Positions 19,067 to 29,801 of a DNA stretch of 64,000 nucleotides are shown here, in pieces; the stretch's first letter is position 1; each line of letters starts with the position of its first letter. The translations under genes were made by a program, and so were the position numbers. The stretch covers positions 16,356-80,355 of the forward strand of contig JAPKYZ010000051.1 of NCBI GenBank assembly GCA_026394055.1, in the 5' to 3' direction. The notes beneath the pieces were generated by a model, which worked only from the letters and a program-made list of their open reading frames with translations, was not told the origin of the DNA and searched no databases. This DNA is from Acidobacteriota bacterium (lineage in GTDB: Bacteria; Acidobacteriota; Terriglobia; Bryobacterales; Bryobacteraceae).

Positions 19067-21172
19067 CTATTTGGTGGCCAACCCGCTGCGTTCCAGCAGC
19101 GCTTTCGGGTCCGGGTTGCGGCCCATGAAATCGCGGAACAGCTTCCCGGCCTCCTCGGTGTTGCCCTTTTCGAGCACATTGCGGCGGAACGCGTTGCCCG
19201 CGGTGGGGCTAAACAATCCCTCCTTCTTGAACCGCGTAAACGCATCCGCATCCAGCACTTCCGCCCACTTGTAGCTGTAGTACCCGGCGGCATACCCGCC
19301 GGCGAAAACGTGCGAGAAGCTGGTGACCATGGAGAAGTTCTCAGGCAGCGGAGCGGGGGTGTAGCGTTGCATCACCTTTCGCGCGTAAGTCACTGGATCG
19401 CCTTGAGAATCATCGCCGCGGTATTCCGTGTGGAACAGAATATCCGTCATGCCCAGCCCCAGCTGCCGCATCATCGCCGAACCACCCCGGAAGGTCCGGG
19501 CCTTCTTCAAGGCGTCAAACATGGAAGCCGGAACCGGCTTGCCGTTCTCATAGTGCTTGGCAAACAGGTCCATCACCGGCCGCTCCCAGGTGAAGTTCTC
19601 CATGATCTGGCTGGGCAGCTCCACAAAGTCCCAGGCCACCGAGGTTCCTCCTAGCGACTTGATGGGGGAGCGGCTGAGCGACATGTGGAGCAGGTGGCCG
19701 AATTCGTGGAACAGCGTCTCCACTTCGTAATGGTTCAACAACGCCGGCTTACCTGGTTCGGCCGTGGCGATATTGGCGGCGATCAGGCCGATGTGCGGTT
19801 CAAACTTGCCACCCGCCAGCGGGCCCCCCATCACTAGCGGGCTCATCCAGGCCCCGGCGCGCTTGTTGTCGCGAGGGTAGAAGTCGGCGTAGAAGCTGGC
19901 GAGCAGGGTGCCGTCCTGGTCCCGGATTTCGTAGAACTTTACTTCCGGCGCCCACACGGCCGGATTTTCCACCGATTTGATCGAAATTCCGTATAAACGA
20001 TTGACCAGCTGGAACATCCCGTCCACCACTTTGTCTGCCGGGAAGTAGGGACGGAGCGCCTCCTCGTCAAAATCGTAGAGCTTCTTGCGCAGCTTCTCGG
20101 CGTAGTACGAGATATCCCAGGGTTCTAGGTCCGGGGCGTTGGGACCTTCCAGCGATTTGCGGAAGGCGGCCAGCTCAGAATTCTCTTTCTCGTATGCTGG
20201 CTTAGATTTAGCTTCAAGATCTTCAAGAAACGCTTTAACCGAGGCGCCGGACTTCGCCATACGCTCTTCGGTCTGCCGGTCAGCAAAATTGGCGTACCCG
20301 AGCAGCTGCGCTTCTTCGGAACGCAGGGCCAGCATCTTGCGAATCAGCGGGCTGTTGTCGAACTTGCCGGTGGAGGCCAAAGTGTTCGACGCCAGCCACA
20401 TCTGCTTGCGGATGGAACCGTCATCCAGGAACTGCAGCACCGGCTGGTAGCTGGGGGCGGCCAGCGTAAGCCGCCAGCCTTCCTTGCCCTTGGCCTTGGC
20501 GCTGGCTAGCGCCGCCTTGCGCGCCGATTCCGGCAGACCGGCCAACTGTTTCTCGTCGGTCACCATCAGCTCGAACGCGATGCGGGCATCAAGCGCATTC
20601 TGGCTGAACTGGTTGGCGACGGCGGACTGCTCTTCATTGATCTCCTGGAGGCGCTTGCGCTTGGCGTCATCAAGGTATGCGCCGCCGCGGCGGAAGTCGT
20701 TCAAGGTCTTGCTCAGGTATCGGGCCCGGACCCCGGTCAGCGCCTTGGCTTCAGCGGTCTCCGCGTACTCTTTCACCGCCCGCGCCAGCCGGACGTCCAG
20801 TTGGACGCTGGAGCTATACGCCGAAATCTTGGGCAGGACGGCGTTGTAGGCTTTGCGATGTTCGGGCGTAGTGGCGACGCCTTCCAGCAGCGAGATCACG
20901 GAGAAGGCGTGGGACAACCGCTCGCCCATGTTCTCCAGCCGCTGCATGGTGTTGTCCCAGGTCCGGGGGCCCGTGGAGGTGGCCAGCGTCTGGCGCTGCT
21001 GCTCTGCCTCGGCCAGCAGGGCGTCCATGGCCGGGACGATGTGCTCCGGCTTCACCTGGTCGAACGGCAGCCGGTAGGTGCTGCCGGCCGGGCGCCGCTC
21101 CGGAATCTCCAGCAACGGGTTCTCTGCCGCCATCGCAGCACATGCCGCCAAACTTAGCCAAAGAGATCGCAT
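19067..21172 (-). CDS. dcp: M3-family metallopeptidase (peptidyl-dipeptidase Dcp / oligopeptidase A-like), secreted
   Basis: 701 aa. HExxH zinc site 'HEFGHLLH'. M3 fold. Signal peptide. Confidence 0.85.
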   Translation of the reverse strand: MRSLWLSLAACAAMAAENPLLEIPERRPAGSTYRLPFDQVKPEHIVPAMDALLAEAEQQRQTLATSTGPRTWDNTMQRLENMGERLSHAFSVISLLEGVATTPEHRKAYNAVLPKISAYSSSVQLDVRLARAVKEYAETAEAKALTGVRARYLSKTLNDFRRGGAYLDDAKRKRLQEINEEQSAVANQFSQNALDARIAFELMVTDEKQLAGLPESARKAALASAKAKGKEGWRLTLAAPSYQPVLQFLDDGSIRKQMWLASNTLASTGKFDNSPLIRKMLALRSEEAQLLGYANFADRQTEERMAKSGASVKAFLEDLEAKSKPAYEKENSELAAFRKSLEGPNAPDLEPWDISYYAEKLRKKLYDFDEEALRPYFPADKVVDGMFQLVNRLYGISIKSVENPAVWAPEVKFYEIRDQDGTLLASFYADFYPRDNKRAGAWMSPLVMGGPLAGGKFEPHIGLIAANIATAEPGKPALLNHYEVETLFHEFGHLLHMSLSRSPIKSLGGTSVAWDFVELPSQIMENFTWERPVMDLFAKHYENGKPVPASMFDALKKARTFRGGSAMMRQLGLGMTDILFHTEYRGDDSQGDPVTYARKVMQRYTPAPLPENFSMVTSFSHVFAGGYAAGYYSYKWAEVLDADAFTRFKKEGLFSPTAGNAFRRNVLEKGNTEEAGKLFRDFMGRNPDPKALLERSGLATK

Positions 21173-21198
21173 TCCCCATTGGATACCATGACTAGACG

Positions 21199-21909
21199 AT
21201 GACCGTCATCGCTGGAATTCATTCTGTCCGCGAAGCGCTGAAAAACCGCCGCGAGTTGGAGCGCGTCGTCGTGGCGCGCGGCATGGGCGGCCAAAAGGTC
21301 CAGGAGATCGTCGACCTGGCGCGGGAGGCTCGCGTCCAACTGCGGTTTGAAAGCCGGGAGCAGCTGGACCGTCTGGCGCAAGGCTCCGCCCACCAGGGCG
21401 TGGTGGCCATCGCCGGCGCGTTCCGCTACTGGTCACTCAACGAACTGCCAGAGGACGCCCGGCTGGTGGTGGTGCTCGATGGCGTCGAAGACCCGCACAA
21501 CCTAGGCGCCATCGCTCGAACGGCCGAATGCGCCGGTGCGTCCGCCATCATCATCCCGGAACGCCGCTCCGCCGGAGTCACCGACACCGTCATGAAGGCC
21601 GCGGCCGGTGCCCTGGAGCATCTGCCGGTGGTCCGGGTCGTGAACATCAACCGGGCGCTGGAAGAGTTAAGGGAGCGCAATTTCTGGCGCTACGGCCTGG
21701 ACGAGCGCGGCACCGACACCTACGACACCGTCCAGTTTGCGACCCCCACCGCCATCGTGATGGGCGGCGAGGGCCACGGACTGCACGAACAAGTCAAGAA
21801 ACACTGCGACGTCCTGGTCAGCATCCCCATGGCGGGACACATCCCATCGCTGAATGTCAGCGTGGCGGCGGGGGTGGTGCTGTTTGAATGGAAGCGAAGG
21901 ATACACTAA
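21199..21909 (+). CDS. rlmB: 23S rRNA (guanosine-2'-O)-methyltransferase RlmB (SpoU/TrmH family)
   Basis: SpoU motifs 'LDGVEDPHNLGAIARTAECAGA', 'IVMGGEGHGL', 'SIPMAGHIPSLNVSVAAGVVLFE'. Confidence 0.8.
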   Translation: MTVIAGIHSVREALKNRRELERVVVARGMGGQKVQEIVDLAREARVQLRFESREQLDRLAQGSAHQGVVAIAGAFRYWSLNELPEDARLVVVLDGVEDPHNLGAIARTAECAGASAIIIPERRSAGVTDTVMKAAAGALEHLPVVRVVNINRALEELRERNFWRYGLDERGTDTYDTVQFATPTAIVMGGEGHGLHEQVKKHCDVLVSIPMAGHIPSLNVSVAAGVVLFEWKRRIH

Positions 21910-23539
21910 AGCCGATGGCCAGAAATCTCCTCTTGGATACGAGCACGGTCAATATTGGTTCGGTTTTTGCCAATGGCAACTTGTACCGGGTTCCGGAATT
22001 CCAACGAGACTATTCCTGGCAGGAAGAGAACTGGGAAGATCTTTGGAATGATTTGACTGAAGTGCACGAGTCCGGCAGCACGCACTATTTTGGCGCGATT
22101 GTGCTCCAGTCGACAGCGGCTGACCGGTTCACCGTGATCGATGGACAACAGCGGTTGGCGACCGTCAGTCTGCTTGCGCTTGCGGTACTAGATCGCATTC
22201 GCACATTGGTAGATCGAGGCGTCAATGCGGATGAGAATAAGTTGCGGTATGAACTTCTGTTCAGCCAGTTCATCGGTTCAAGAGATCCGGCGTCGTTGCG
22301 AGCCTCGAGTAAGTTAACGCTCAACAAGACGGACGACGGGTTTTACCAGCACTTTATGGTGCAGTTCCGCCAGCCGATCAATCCGCGCCGGCTCGAGCCA
22401 TCTGAGCGGCGCATGTGGGAGGCGTTCAAGTATTTCCAGCAAAAGCTGGTAGCCCAGTTCGGGGAGCAACCGGATGGGGAGCATCTGGCCGACTTCCTGG
22501 CCACGACAGTTGCACGCCGGCTGATGTTCATTCAGATTCTGGTCGAAGACGAGCTAAGCGCCTACACGGTCTTTGAGACCTTGAATGCCCGTGGTACCGC
22601 GCTTACGGCCTCAGACCTGCTGAAGAACTACCTATTTTCACTGGCCGCGGAGAGCCGCTTGGACCTGGAACACGTCCAACATGAATGGAGACAGATTGCG
22701 GAGCTGGTGCCCGCAACCGATTTGAGCGGCTTCCTTCGGCATTTCCTCAACTCCTCGCAGAGCTATGTCCGGAGCGAGCGTCTTTTTAAGGAGATCAAAG
22801 CCTCGGTCAGCAACCGCCAACAGGTGTTCGCCTTCCTGGAACGGCTGCATAAGGCGGCTGATCTTTACGCCGCCTTGGATGATCCGGAGGATCAGTTCTG
22901 GCTGGACCGTCCGGACGCTGTGCCTCACATTCGCGCGCTGAAGCTTTTTGGGGTGACACAGTATCGCCCTTTGGCGCTGGCATGGAATGAGCGGCATGCG
23001 GCGCAGGATCTCGAGCGCATCCTAAGGATCTGTGAGATCGTTTCTTTCCGATTCAACGTGATTGCCCGGCGCAACACCCAGGAACTCGAGCGGGCTTATA
23101 ACCAAGCGGCGATTGAAGTCTCAGCGGGCCGTGCTACCCGCCCCCGAGATGTCTTCGAACTGCTCAAACCGGTCTACGTCTCCGATGAAGAGTTCAGCCG
23201 ATCTTTCGGCTTCTACCCATTGGGCCTGCGTCCGAAGAAGATCCAGAGCTATACCCTATCTCGTCTGGAAGCCCACCTTCGAGGGGACAAATTTGACGCT
23301 GATTTGATTGGGGCAACCATTGAACACATTCTGCCCGAGAACCCCTCCCAGGAATGGCTAAGAATCGCTTGGCGGGAGGCAAAGGACCGGCCATCAAGCA
23401 AGAGATCTATGCCAGTAGTGCGTTTGAGATGACCAAACGGCTGGACGTTATGGAGTGGAGTGTGGAGGCTATCCACGAACGCGAAGAGCGCATGGCGGAG
23501 TGGGCCGTCGCCGTATGGCGCCTCGATTTCGGCCGGTAG
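21888..23539 (+). pseudogene. GmrSD-like type IV restriction endonuclease (DUF262 + DUF1524), disrupted by frameshift/deletion
   Basis: N-terminal DUF262 motifs ('RVPEFQRDYSWQ', 'IDGQQRL'). C-terminal DUF1524 His-Me finger start 'TIEHILPENPSQEW'. The reading frame then terminates at 23432 after an out-of-family stretch. The remainder of the DUF1524 domain ('...KQEIYASSAFEMTK...EW') continues in the +2 frame (23354..23539). The expected 'GNLTLL' segment between them is missing. Confidence 0.6.
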
Positions 23540-23542
23540 ACA

Positions 23543-24289
23543 TTAATCCAACAGCGCGGAGGTGTGCTTGACCAACCGCTCCAGAGCCGCGGCCGCCGCC
23601 CGAACGCTGGCGGTCTTCTTCGACGTCCCTTCGCCGGTGGCGGCGACGGTCTTGCCAACCCGCACTTCTACGGTAAAGAGCTTTTCGTGGTCTGGCCCGG
23701 TTTCCTGCAGCACTTGATAGCGGGGCAGTGGGAGCTTCAGCGACATGGCGGCTTGCTGGAGGGCGCTCTTGGGGTTGGAGGCGCTGGGGTCTTCGCCGGG
23801 TTCTAGGGCGTCGGCGGAGAGAATGCGTTGGAGGACGAAGCTGCGGGCGGCGTCGATGCCTCCATCCAGAAAGACGGCGGCGATCACGGCTTCCAGGGCG
23901 TCGGCGAGGACGGTCTTTTTCTCGCGGCCACCGGCCCGGTCCTCACCCCGGCCCAGGATTAGATAACCACCCAAGTTTAGAGCGCGGGCGGCGCGGTAGA
24001 GGAACGCGGAATTGACCACGCGCGACTTGATCACCGTCAGCTGGCCTTCCGGTTGATCGGGGTGGCGGCGGAATAGTTCTTCCGCCACCAGAAATCCCAA
24101 AACCGAATCGCCCAGAAACTCCAGCTTCTCGTTGTCCGGCCGGACCGAGATCAGCTCCTGGCCATCCGGCCCCACTGACCGGGTAGGCTCCGACGCCACG
24201 GAGCTATGGGTCAGCGCGCGCCGGAGCAGATCCAGGTCGCGAAAGCGGTAGCCGATCGACGCTTCGAGCGCGCTCAGCTGGTCATCCAT
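23543..24289 (-). CDS. rnc: ribonuclease III
   Basis: RNase III signature 'NEKLEFLGDSVLG', C-terminal dsRBD. Confidence 0.9.
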   Translation of the reverse strand: MDDQLSALEASIGYRFRDLDLLRRALTHSSVASEPTRSVGPDGQELISVRPDNEKLEFLGDSVLGFLVAEELFRRHPDQPEGQLTVIKSRVVNSAFLYRAARALNLGGYLILGRGEDRAGGREKKTVLADALEAVIAAVFLDGGIDAARSFVLQRILSADALEPGEDPSASNPKSALQQAAMSLKLPLPRYQVLQETGPDHEKLFTVEVRVGKTVAATGEGTSKKTASVRAAAAALERLVKHTSALLD

Positions 24290-24318
24290 CGGCTACTCAA
24301 ACACTACTTCTTCGGCCA

Positions 24319-25089
24319 CTACTTCTTCTGCGATTTCAGCTGCGCGGCCTTCAGCTTCTGCTGGGCCGCCACCTGCTTGATCGACGGCGGCAGATCCGGC
24401 ATGGCGTTCAGCTGGTCCACCATCGCAATGGCGTTGTCGGGCTGGCCGGCATCGTTGTAGGTGACCGCCAGGCGAACCATGGTGGAAGGATCCTTCTGGG
24501 GCTGCGCTTCAATGGCCGCCTTCAGTTCCGGAATAGCCACGTCGTACTTCTTGCGGACCATCGCCGACAGACCCAGCACTTCGTGACCCTGGGATTCGAA
24601 ATCCTTCTTCGCCATCGCCCACTGCTCGTCGGTCATGGCGGGGTTGGGCTTGGCCGCGGTCGCCACCAGGGCCAACGCATCCTTGGCCAGCTTTTCCGCC
24701 TTGCCCAGTTTTTCTTCCTTGTCGAAATCGAACTCGCGGGTGCGAGCGGCCAAGGCCTGGCCCATGATCAGCATCGCGCCGTAGCCCTTGGGGTCGGCCT
24801 CAAGAGCGCGTTCTCCGTAAAGAATGATCTTCTCCGTGTCATTTTTCTGCTGCGCCGAGACGGTGGCGACGTAGAGCGCGATGCCCTTGAACTGGGTATC
24901 CGCAAATTTGGTCAACAGCGCTTCAACGGCAGCAATACGGGCATCCGGGTCCTGCGCGCTGAACACGGCGTTGATCGCTTCGGCTTCCTTTTGCGACTTC
25001 GGCTTGGCTTGCTTGGTGTCCGCCGTCTGGGCGAAGGCAGCCGTCATCAGGGTGACGGTCAGAGCCAGAAAAATGGCCAACTTTCTCAT
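24319..25089 (-). CDS. TPR-repeat secreted protein
   Basis: Signal peptide. Tetratricopeptide-like helical repeats. 4-bp overlap with the upstream gene. Confidence 0.5.
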   Translation of the reverse strand: MRKLAIFLALTVTLMTAAFAQTADTKQAKPKSQKEAEAINAVFSAQDPDARIAAVEALLTKFADTQFKGIALYVATVSAQQKNDTEKIILYGERALEADPKGYGAMLIMGQALAARTREFDFDKEEKLGKAEKLAKDALALVATAAKPNPAMTDEQWAMAKKDFESQGHEVLGLSAMVRKKYDVAIPELKAAIEAQPQKDPSTMVRLAVTYNDAGQPDNAIAMVDQLNAMPDLPPSIKQVAAQQKLKAAQLKSQKK

Positions 25090-26552
25090 GGATTCATCCT
25101 CTTCTTCAAATCTTGGGCCGCTTTGGTGGCGGAGTCCCGTGCCGCGCGTGTCGCGCCTTCCACTTTCAACGCATCGTCGAAATGACGGGCGGCTTCCGCG
25201 GGTTCACCACCCAACTCGAGCAGCCGGCCAAGATAAACGTGCGCCCACGCCCGGATCGCTGCCTCGGGTTCCAGGTCCAGCGTCTGTTGAAACAGCTTCA
25301 CCGCCAGTTCCGGGTTCTTTTCGAGCGCCGCAATCCGCGCTAATCCATAATACGCTCTCGACTGCAGCACTCTCTCTTTGGTCTGTTCGGCGGCCTCCAA
25401 GAACTTCGCCCGTGCGTCAGCCAACTTGCGCGCCGCATAGAGATCTTCCGCATCTTCGAGCAGCTTCGGCACACCGGTCAGCTCCGGCTTCTTCTCCGGT
25501 TGCGCCACCTTGACGGTCTTCACCACGGCCTGCGTGGCGAACTGCACGTTGGCGAGCCGCTTGTCTTCCTTCCTCAGATCGATGTTGTTGATCATGTCGG
25601 GATAGTGGAAGCGCATCGCCTGCTCCTGCTTTTCATAGAGCACCAGCGCTTCGGCAAAGTAGGGCGCCAGAATGTAGCCTTCGGCCAGCGCCTGCGCCAC
25701 CATCGCGTCACGCTTAGCGGCCGGTGCCAGGCGAACTTCGACGGCGCGCGTGATGCACTTGGTGGTGAGCAGCAGAAAGTCGTTCTTGTAGGCATCCGGC
25801 AGCAGCGGCGCGGCTTGGGCCAAGTCGATCAGCGGGCGCTTTTTCTCGATCTTGTCGGCATGCAAGGTGGCCAGCGGGTCCACCAGAAAGCCGATGTAGG
25901 AGTGGCGGACTTCTTCGGCGTGCGTGTCTTGAGAAGACGTCAGGATGACGTAGAAATCGTCGCCATAGCTGCGCGCCTGGATGTTGTTGGGCGCGGCCAT
26001 CAGGTCGACGTAGACGAAAAACTTACGCGGACCGGAGCCGGTGCCAGGCACACGCAAATAGCCGGTCGCTTGCTGCAGCGCGTTGGTGATCGGGTCATGG
26101 AAACGTTCCAGCGCCTGCTCATGCATGGGCTTCACCTGTTTCCACAATTCATCCAGCTGCGCCTGCTGGTGGAAGCGCGTCATCAGCGCGCCAAAACCTT
26201 CTAGCGACAACGCATCCGGCGGAATCTCTTCCAGCTTGAAGCGCCACTTGTACTGGTCCGTGCCGTCAACGGCCAGGGCGAAGGAGATGTACTGGCTCAA
26301 GTCGCCGGTCCAGTCCTTTTTCCGATGGGCGGCGAAGAACTTCTTCAGCTCGGCGACCGTGGACAGGTTCTGCTTCGCCACCGCCTCCCGCACCGCTTTG
26401 CGCAACGGGTGGTTGTTGGGCGAATCGGCATCCGCGTCATATCCGGCGGCGTTGATCGCCACCATGACGTTGAAAAGAGTCTGATTAGCGTCCAGTTGGG
26501 CCTGTTGGGCCGCTAAAGGCAGGACGGCGAGTAACGCGAGGGCATACTTCAC
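25086..26552 (-). CDS. hypothetical secreted protein with C-terminal TPR-like region
   Basis: 488-aa ORF with signal peptide MKYALALLAVLPLAAQQ. No confident family assignment. Confidence 0.5.
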   Translation of the reverse strand: MKYALALLAVLPLAAQQAQLDANQTLFNVMVAINAAGYDADADSPNNHPLRKAVREAVAKQNLSTVAELKKFFAAHRKKDWTGDLSQYISFALAVDGTDQYKWRFKLEEIPPDALSLEGFGALMTRFHQQAQLDELWKQVKPMHEQALERFHDPITNALQQATGYLRVPGTGSGPRKFFVYVDLMAAPNNIQARSYGDDFYVILTSSQDTHAEEVRHSYIGFLVDPLATLHADKIEKKRPLIDLAQAAPLLPDAYKNDFLLLTTKCITRAVEVRLAPAAKRDAMVAQALAEGYILAPYFAEALVLYEKQEQAMRFHYPDMINNIDLRKEDKRLANVQFATQAVVKTVKVAQPEKKPELTGVPKLLEDAEDLYAARKLADARAKFLEAAEQTKERVLQSRAYYGLARIAALEKNPELAVKLFQQTLDLEPEAAIRAWAHVYLGRLLELGGEPAEAARHFDDALKVEGATRAARDSATKAAQDLKKRMNP

Positions 26553-26600
26553 TCGCCTACAGTGTATCGAACGCTTTTGCTAGTCTGAAAATTCCCTTCC

Positions 26601-29600
26601 ATGTGGATAGTTAAGCTCGCACTCAACCGGCCCTACAGTTTCGTCGTCATGGCGATCCTGATCGTCGTGCTGGGCGGTGTGGCCATCTTCTCGATGCCCA
26701 CCGACATCTTCCCCAACATCGACATCCCGGTGGCCAGCGTGATCTGGTCCTATAACGGCATGCCGCCCGATGAAATGGCCAAGCGCGTGGTCACCAGTAC
26801 CGAGCGGGCCATGACCACCACGGTGAACGACATTGAACGCATCGAAAGCGAGTCGTTACCGGGCTACGGCATCATCCGCGTCTACTTCCACCCCACCGTG
26901 AAGATCGACCTGGCCATCGCCCAGATCACGGCGATCGCGGCCTCTATTACGCGAATCCTGCCGCCCGGCATCACACCGCCCTTTGTGTTGCGCTACAACG
27001 CCGCCACGGTGCCGATTCTGCAGCTGGCCTTGGGTTCAAACACGCTCAGCGAGCAGCAGATCTTCGACCTGGGCCAAAACTTTCTCCGCACCGGCCTGGC
27101 CACCGTCCAGGGAGCCTCCATTCCCCTGCCCTATGGCGGCCGCAGCCGCACCGTGATGGTGGACCTGGACCCCAAGGCGATGTTCGCCCGCCGCCTGTCG
27201 GCCATTGATGTCTCGAACGCGGTGAATGCCCAAAACCTGATCATCCCGGCCGGTACCATCAAAGCGGGTCCGACGGAGTTCAACGTCAAGCTGAACGCCA
27301 GCCCGGAAACAGTCGCGGAGCTGAACAATCTGCCGGTGAAGGTGGTGAACGGCCAGATGGTCTACATCCGCGACGTCGCCAACGTGCGCGACGGCTACGC
27401 GGTGCAGCAGAACATCGTGCGCCAGGATGGCGTTCGCGGAGCGCTGCTGACGGTACTGAAGAACGGCAGCGAATCGACGCTCGACATCATCAACCGCGTG
27501 CAGCAGCAGATTACGAAGATCCAGACGACGCTGCCGCCGGAGCTGAAGATCAAGCGCCTCTTTGACCAGTCTCTGTTCGTGCGCGCCGCCATCGACAACG
27601 TGCTGCATGAAGGCTTGATCGCCGCGGCATTGACGGCACTGATGATCCTGCTGTTCCTGGGCAGTTGGCGGTCGACCGTGATCGTCTGCATCTCGATCCC
27701 GCTGTCGATCCTGACGTCGCTGTCGATCCTCAACCTGATGGGCATGACCATCAACGTCATGACGCTGGGCGGCCTGGCGCTCGCGGTCGGCATTCTGGTG
27801 GACGACGCGACCGTCGAAATCGAGAACATCCACCGCAACCTGCATGAAGGCAAGCAACTCTGGCGAGCCATCCTCGACGGCGCGCAGCAGATCGCCGTGC
27901 CGACCTTCGTTTCGACGCTTTCGATCTGCATCGTGTTCGTGCCCGTCGTCTTCCTGACCGGCACCGCCAAGTACCTGTTTACGCCGCTGGCGCTGGCGGT
28001 GGTCTTCGCGATGATGGCTTCCTACCTGCTATCCCGCACCATCGTGCCGACGATGGCGAATTTCCTGCTGGGCAAGGATCTTAAGCTCTACCAGGAAGAT
28101 GAATACGGCCCCACCACCAGCCGCAACCCGATGTGGCGGATGCACAAGGCCTTCAACCGTGGCTTCTACCGCGTGCGCTGCACGTATCAGACGATGCTGA
28201 ACTGGTGCCTCTACCATCCGGTGGTGGTGATCCTGGCCTTTACCGTGCTGGTCGCGGGCACCGGCTTCCTGGTGCCGCTGGTGGGTGAGGACTTCTTCCC
28301 CAAGATCGATGGCGGCCAGTTCCGCGTCCACGTCCGCGCCCCGGCGGGCACGCGCATCGAGGAGACGGAGCGCTACTTTGCGTTGGTCGAAAAGAAGATC
28401 CGCGAGGTGGTGCCGAAGGAAGAGCTCGACACCATCATTGACAACATCGGCCTGCCTCCGGTGGGCATCAATCTCGCTTATTCCGATGCCGGGATCATCA
28501 GCAAATCCGATGGCGAAATTCTGGTATCGCTCAACCGCGAGAAGCACGGGCCCACCGAGAACTATGTGCGCCGGCTGCGGCGGGAGTTGCGCAAGGAGTT
28601 TCCGGAGCTGACCGTCTACTTCCAGGCCGCTGACATGACCAGCCAGATCCTCAACTTCGGCCTGCCCGCGCCCATCGACATCCAGATCTCGTCGCGTAAC
28701 GACAAGGCGGCGTATCAGATCGCCAAGCAGATTGAGAAGCGCCTGGATGCGGTGCCGGGTGCGGCCGACGTCCACCTTCACCAAGTGGTGGACGTGCCGG
28801 AAGTGCGCGTCAATGTCGACCGTACGTTGGCCGACCAGATGGGCGTCACCCAGCGCGAAGTGGCTAGCTCACTGCTGATCTCGCTGAGCTCCAGCACGCA
28901 GACCGCCCCCAACTATTGGCTCGACCCGCGCAACGGTGTCAGCTATCAGGTGAACGCCCAAACGCCGCCCATCCGCATGGATTCGTTGGACGACCTCACA
29001 TCCACCCCGGTGACCTCCGCCAACGGCACCAGCACCCAACTGCTGCAAAGCATGGCGACGCTGGAGCGTGGCACCTCGATGGCCGTGGTCAGCCACTACA
29101 ACGTCCAGCCGGTCTATGACGTCTACGCGGGCGTTGAGGATCGTGACCTGGGTGGCGTGGCACGCGATGCCCGGGCCATCATTGCCGACATCCAGGCCAA
29201 GGCCCCCAAGGGCCTCACCATTGAGATGCGCGGACAGGTAGCGACGATGGATGCATCCTTTACGCGCCTGGGCCTGGGCATGATCTTTTCGATCCTGCTG
29301 GTCTACCTGCTGATGGTGGTGAACTTCCAAAGCTGGCTGGACCCCTTCATCATTCTGATGGCGCTGCCCGCCGCCTTGGCCGGGATCGTCTGGATCCTGT
29401 TTGCCACGCAGACCACCTTTAGCGTGCCCAGCCTGATGGGAGCCATCATGTCGATCGGCGTCGCGACGGCGAACTCGATTCTGCTGGTGACCTTTGCCAA
29501 TGACCGCCGCCAGTTTGTGGCGGACCAGCGGCAGGCCGCGCTGGAAGCTGGAGTGACCCGCCTGCGCCCTGTGATCATGACCGCACTGGCGATGATGATC

Positions 29601-29801
29601 GGCATGCTGCCGATGTCGCTGGGTGTGGGTGAAGGCGGCGAGCAGAACGCCCCGCTGGGCCGCGCCGTGATCGGTGGCCTGCTGTTCGCCACCGTAGCCA
29701 CCCTGTTTTTGGTGCCGGTGGTGTACCGGCTGTTGCGTCGGCAGCCGCCGCGTTGGACTGATGTTGTGCCGGAGCAAGTTACATTGGAGCCGCAACCGTG
29801 A
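26601..29801 (+). CDS. RND efflux transporter permease (AcrB/CzcA HAE family)
   Basis: 1066 aa, 12-TM RND architecture. Conserved N-terminal 'NRPYSFVVMAILIVVLGGVAIFSMPTDIFP'. Confidence 0.9.
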   Translation: MWIVKLALNRPYSFVVMAILIVVLGGVAIFSMPTDIFPNIDIPVASVIWSYNGMPPDEMAKRVVTSTERAMTTTVNDIERIESESLPGYGIIRVYFHPTVKIDLAIAQITAIAASITRILPPGITPPFVLRYNAATVPILQLALGSNTLSEQQIFDLGQNFLRTGLATVQGASIPLPYGGRSRTVMVDLDPKAMFARRLSAIDVSNAVNAQNLIIPAGTIKAGPTEFNVKLNASPETVAELNNLPVKVVNGQMVYIRDVANVRDGYAVQQNIVRQDGVRGALLTVLKNGSESTLDIINRVQQQITKIQTTLPPELKIKRLFDQSLFVRAAIDNVLHEGLIAAALTALMILLFLGSWRSTVIVCISIPLSILTSLSILNLMGMTINVMTLGGLALAVGILVDDATVEIENIHRNLHEGKQLWRAILDGAQQIAVPTFVSTLSICIVFVPVVFLTGTAKYLFTPLALAVVFAMMASYLLSRTIVPTMANFLLGKDLKLYQEDEYGPTTSRNPMWRMHKAFNRGFYRVRCTYQTMLNWCLYHPVVVILAFTVLVAGTGFLVPLVGEDFFPKIDGGQFRVHVRAPAGTRIEETERYFALVEKKIREVVPKEELDTIIDNIGLPPVGINLAYSDAGIISKSDGEILVSLNREKHGPTENYVRRLRRELRKEFPELTVYFQAADMTSQILNFGLPAPIDIQISSRNDKAAYQIAKQIEKRLDAVPGAADVHLHQVVDVPEVRVNVDRTLADQMGVTQREVASSLLISLSSSTQTAPNYWLDPRNGVSYQVNAQTPPIRMDSLDDLTSTPVTSANGTSTQLLQSMATLERGTSMAVVSHYNVQPVYDVYAGVEDRDLGGVARDARAIIADIQAKAPKGLTIEMRGQVATMDASFTRLGLGMIFSILLVYLLMVVNFQSWLDPFIILMALPAALAGIVWILFATQTTFSVPSLMGAIMSIGVATANSILLVTFANDRRQFVADQRQAALEAGVTRLRPVIMTALAMMIGMLPMSLGVGEGGEQNAPLGRAVIGGLLFATVATLFLVPVVYRLLRRQPPRWTDVVPEQVTLEPQP

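Noticed and set aside
23354-23539. 61-aa ORF as an independent gene
   Set aside because: It encodes the C-terminal continuation of the DUF1524 domain of the disrupted GmrSD-like gene in a shifted frame. Treated as part of the pseudogene.
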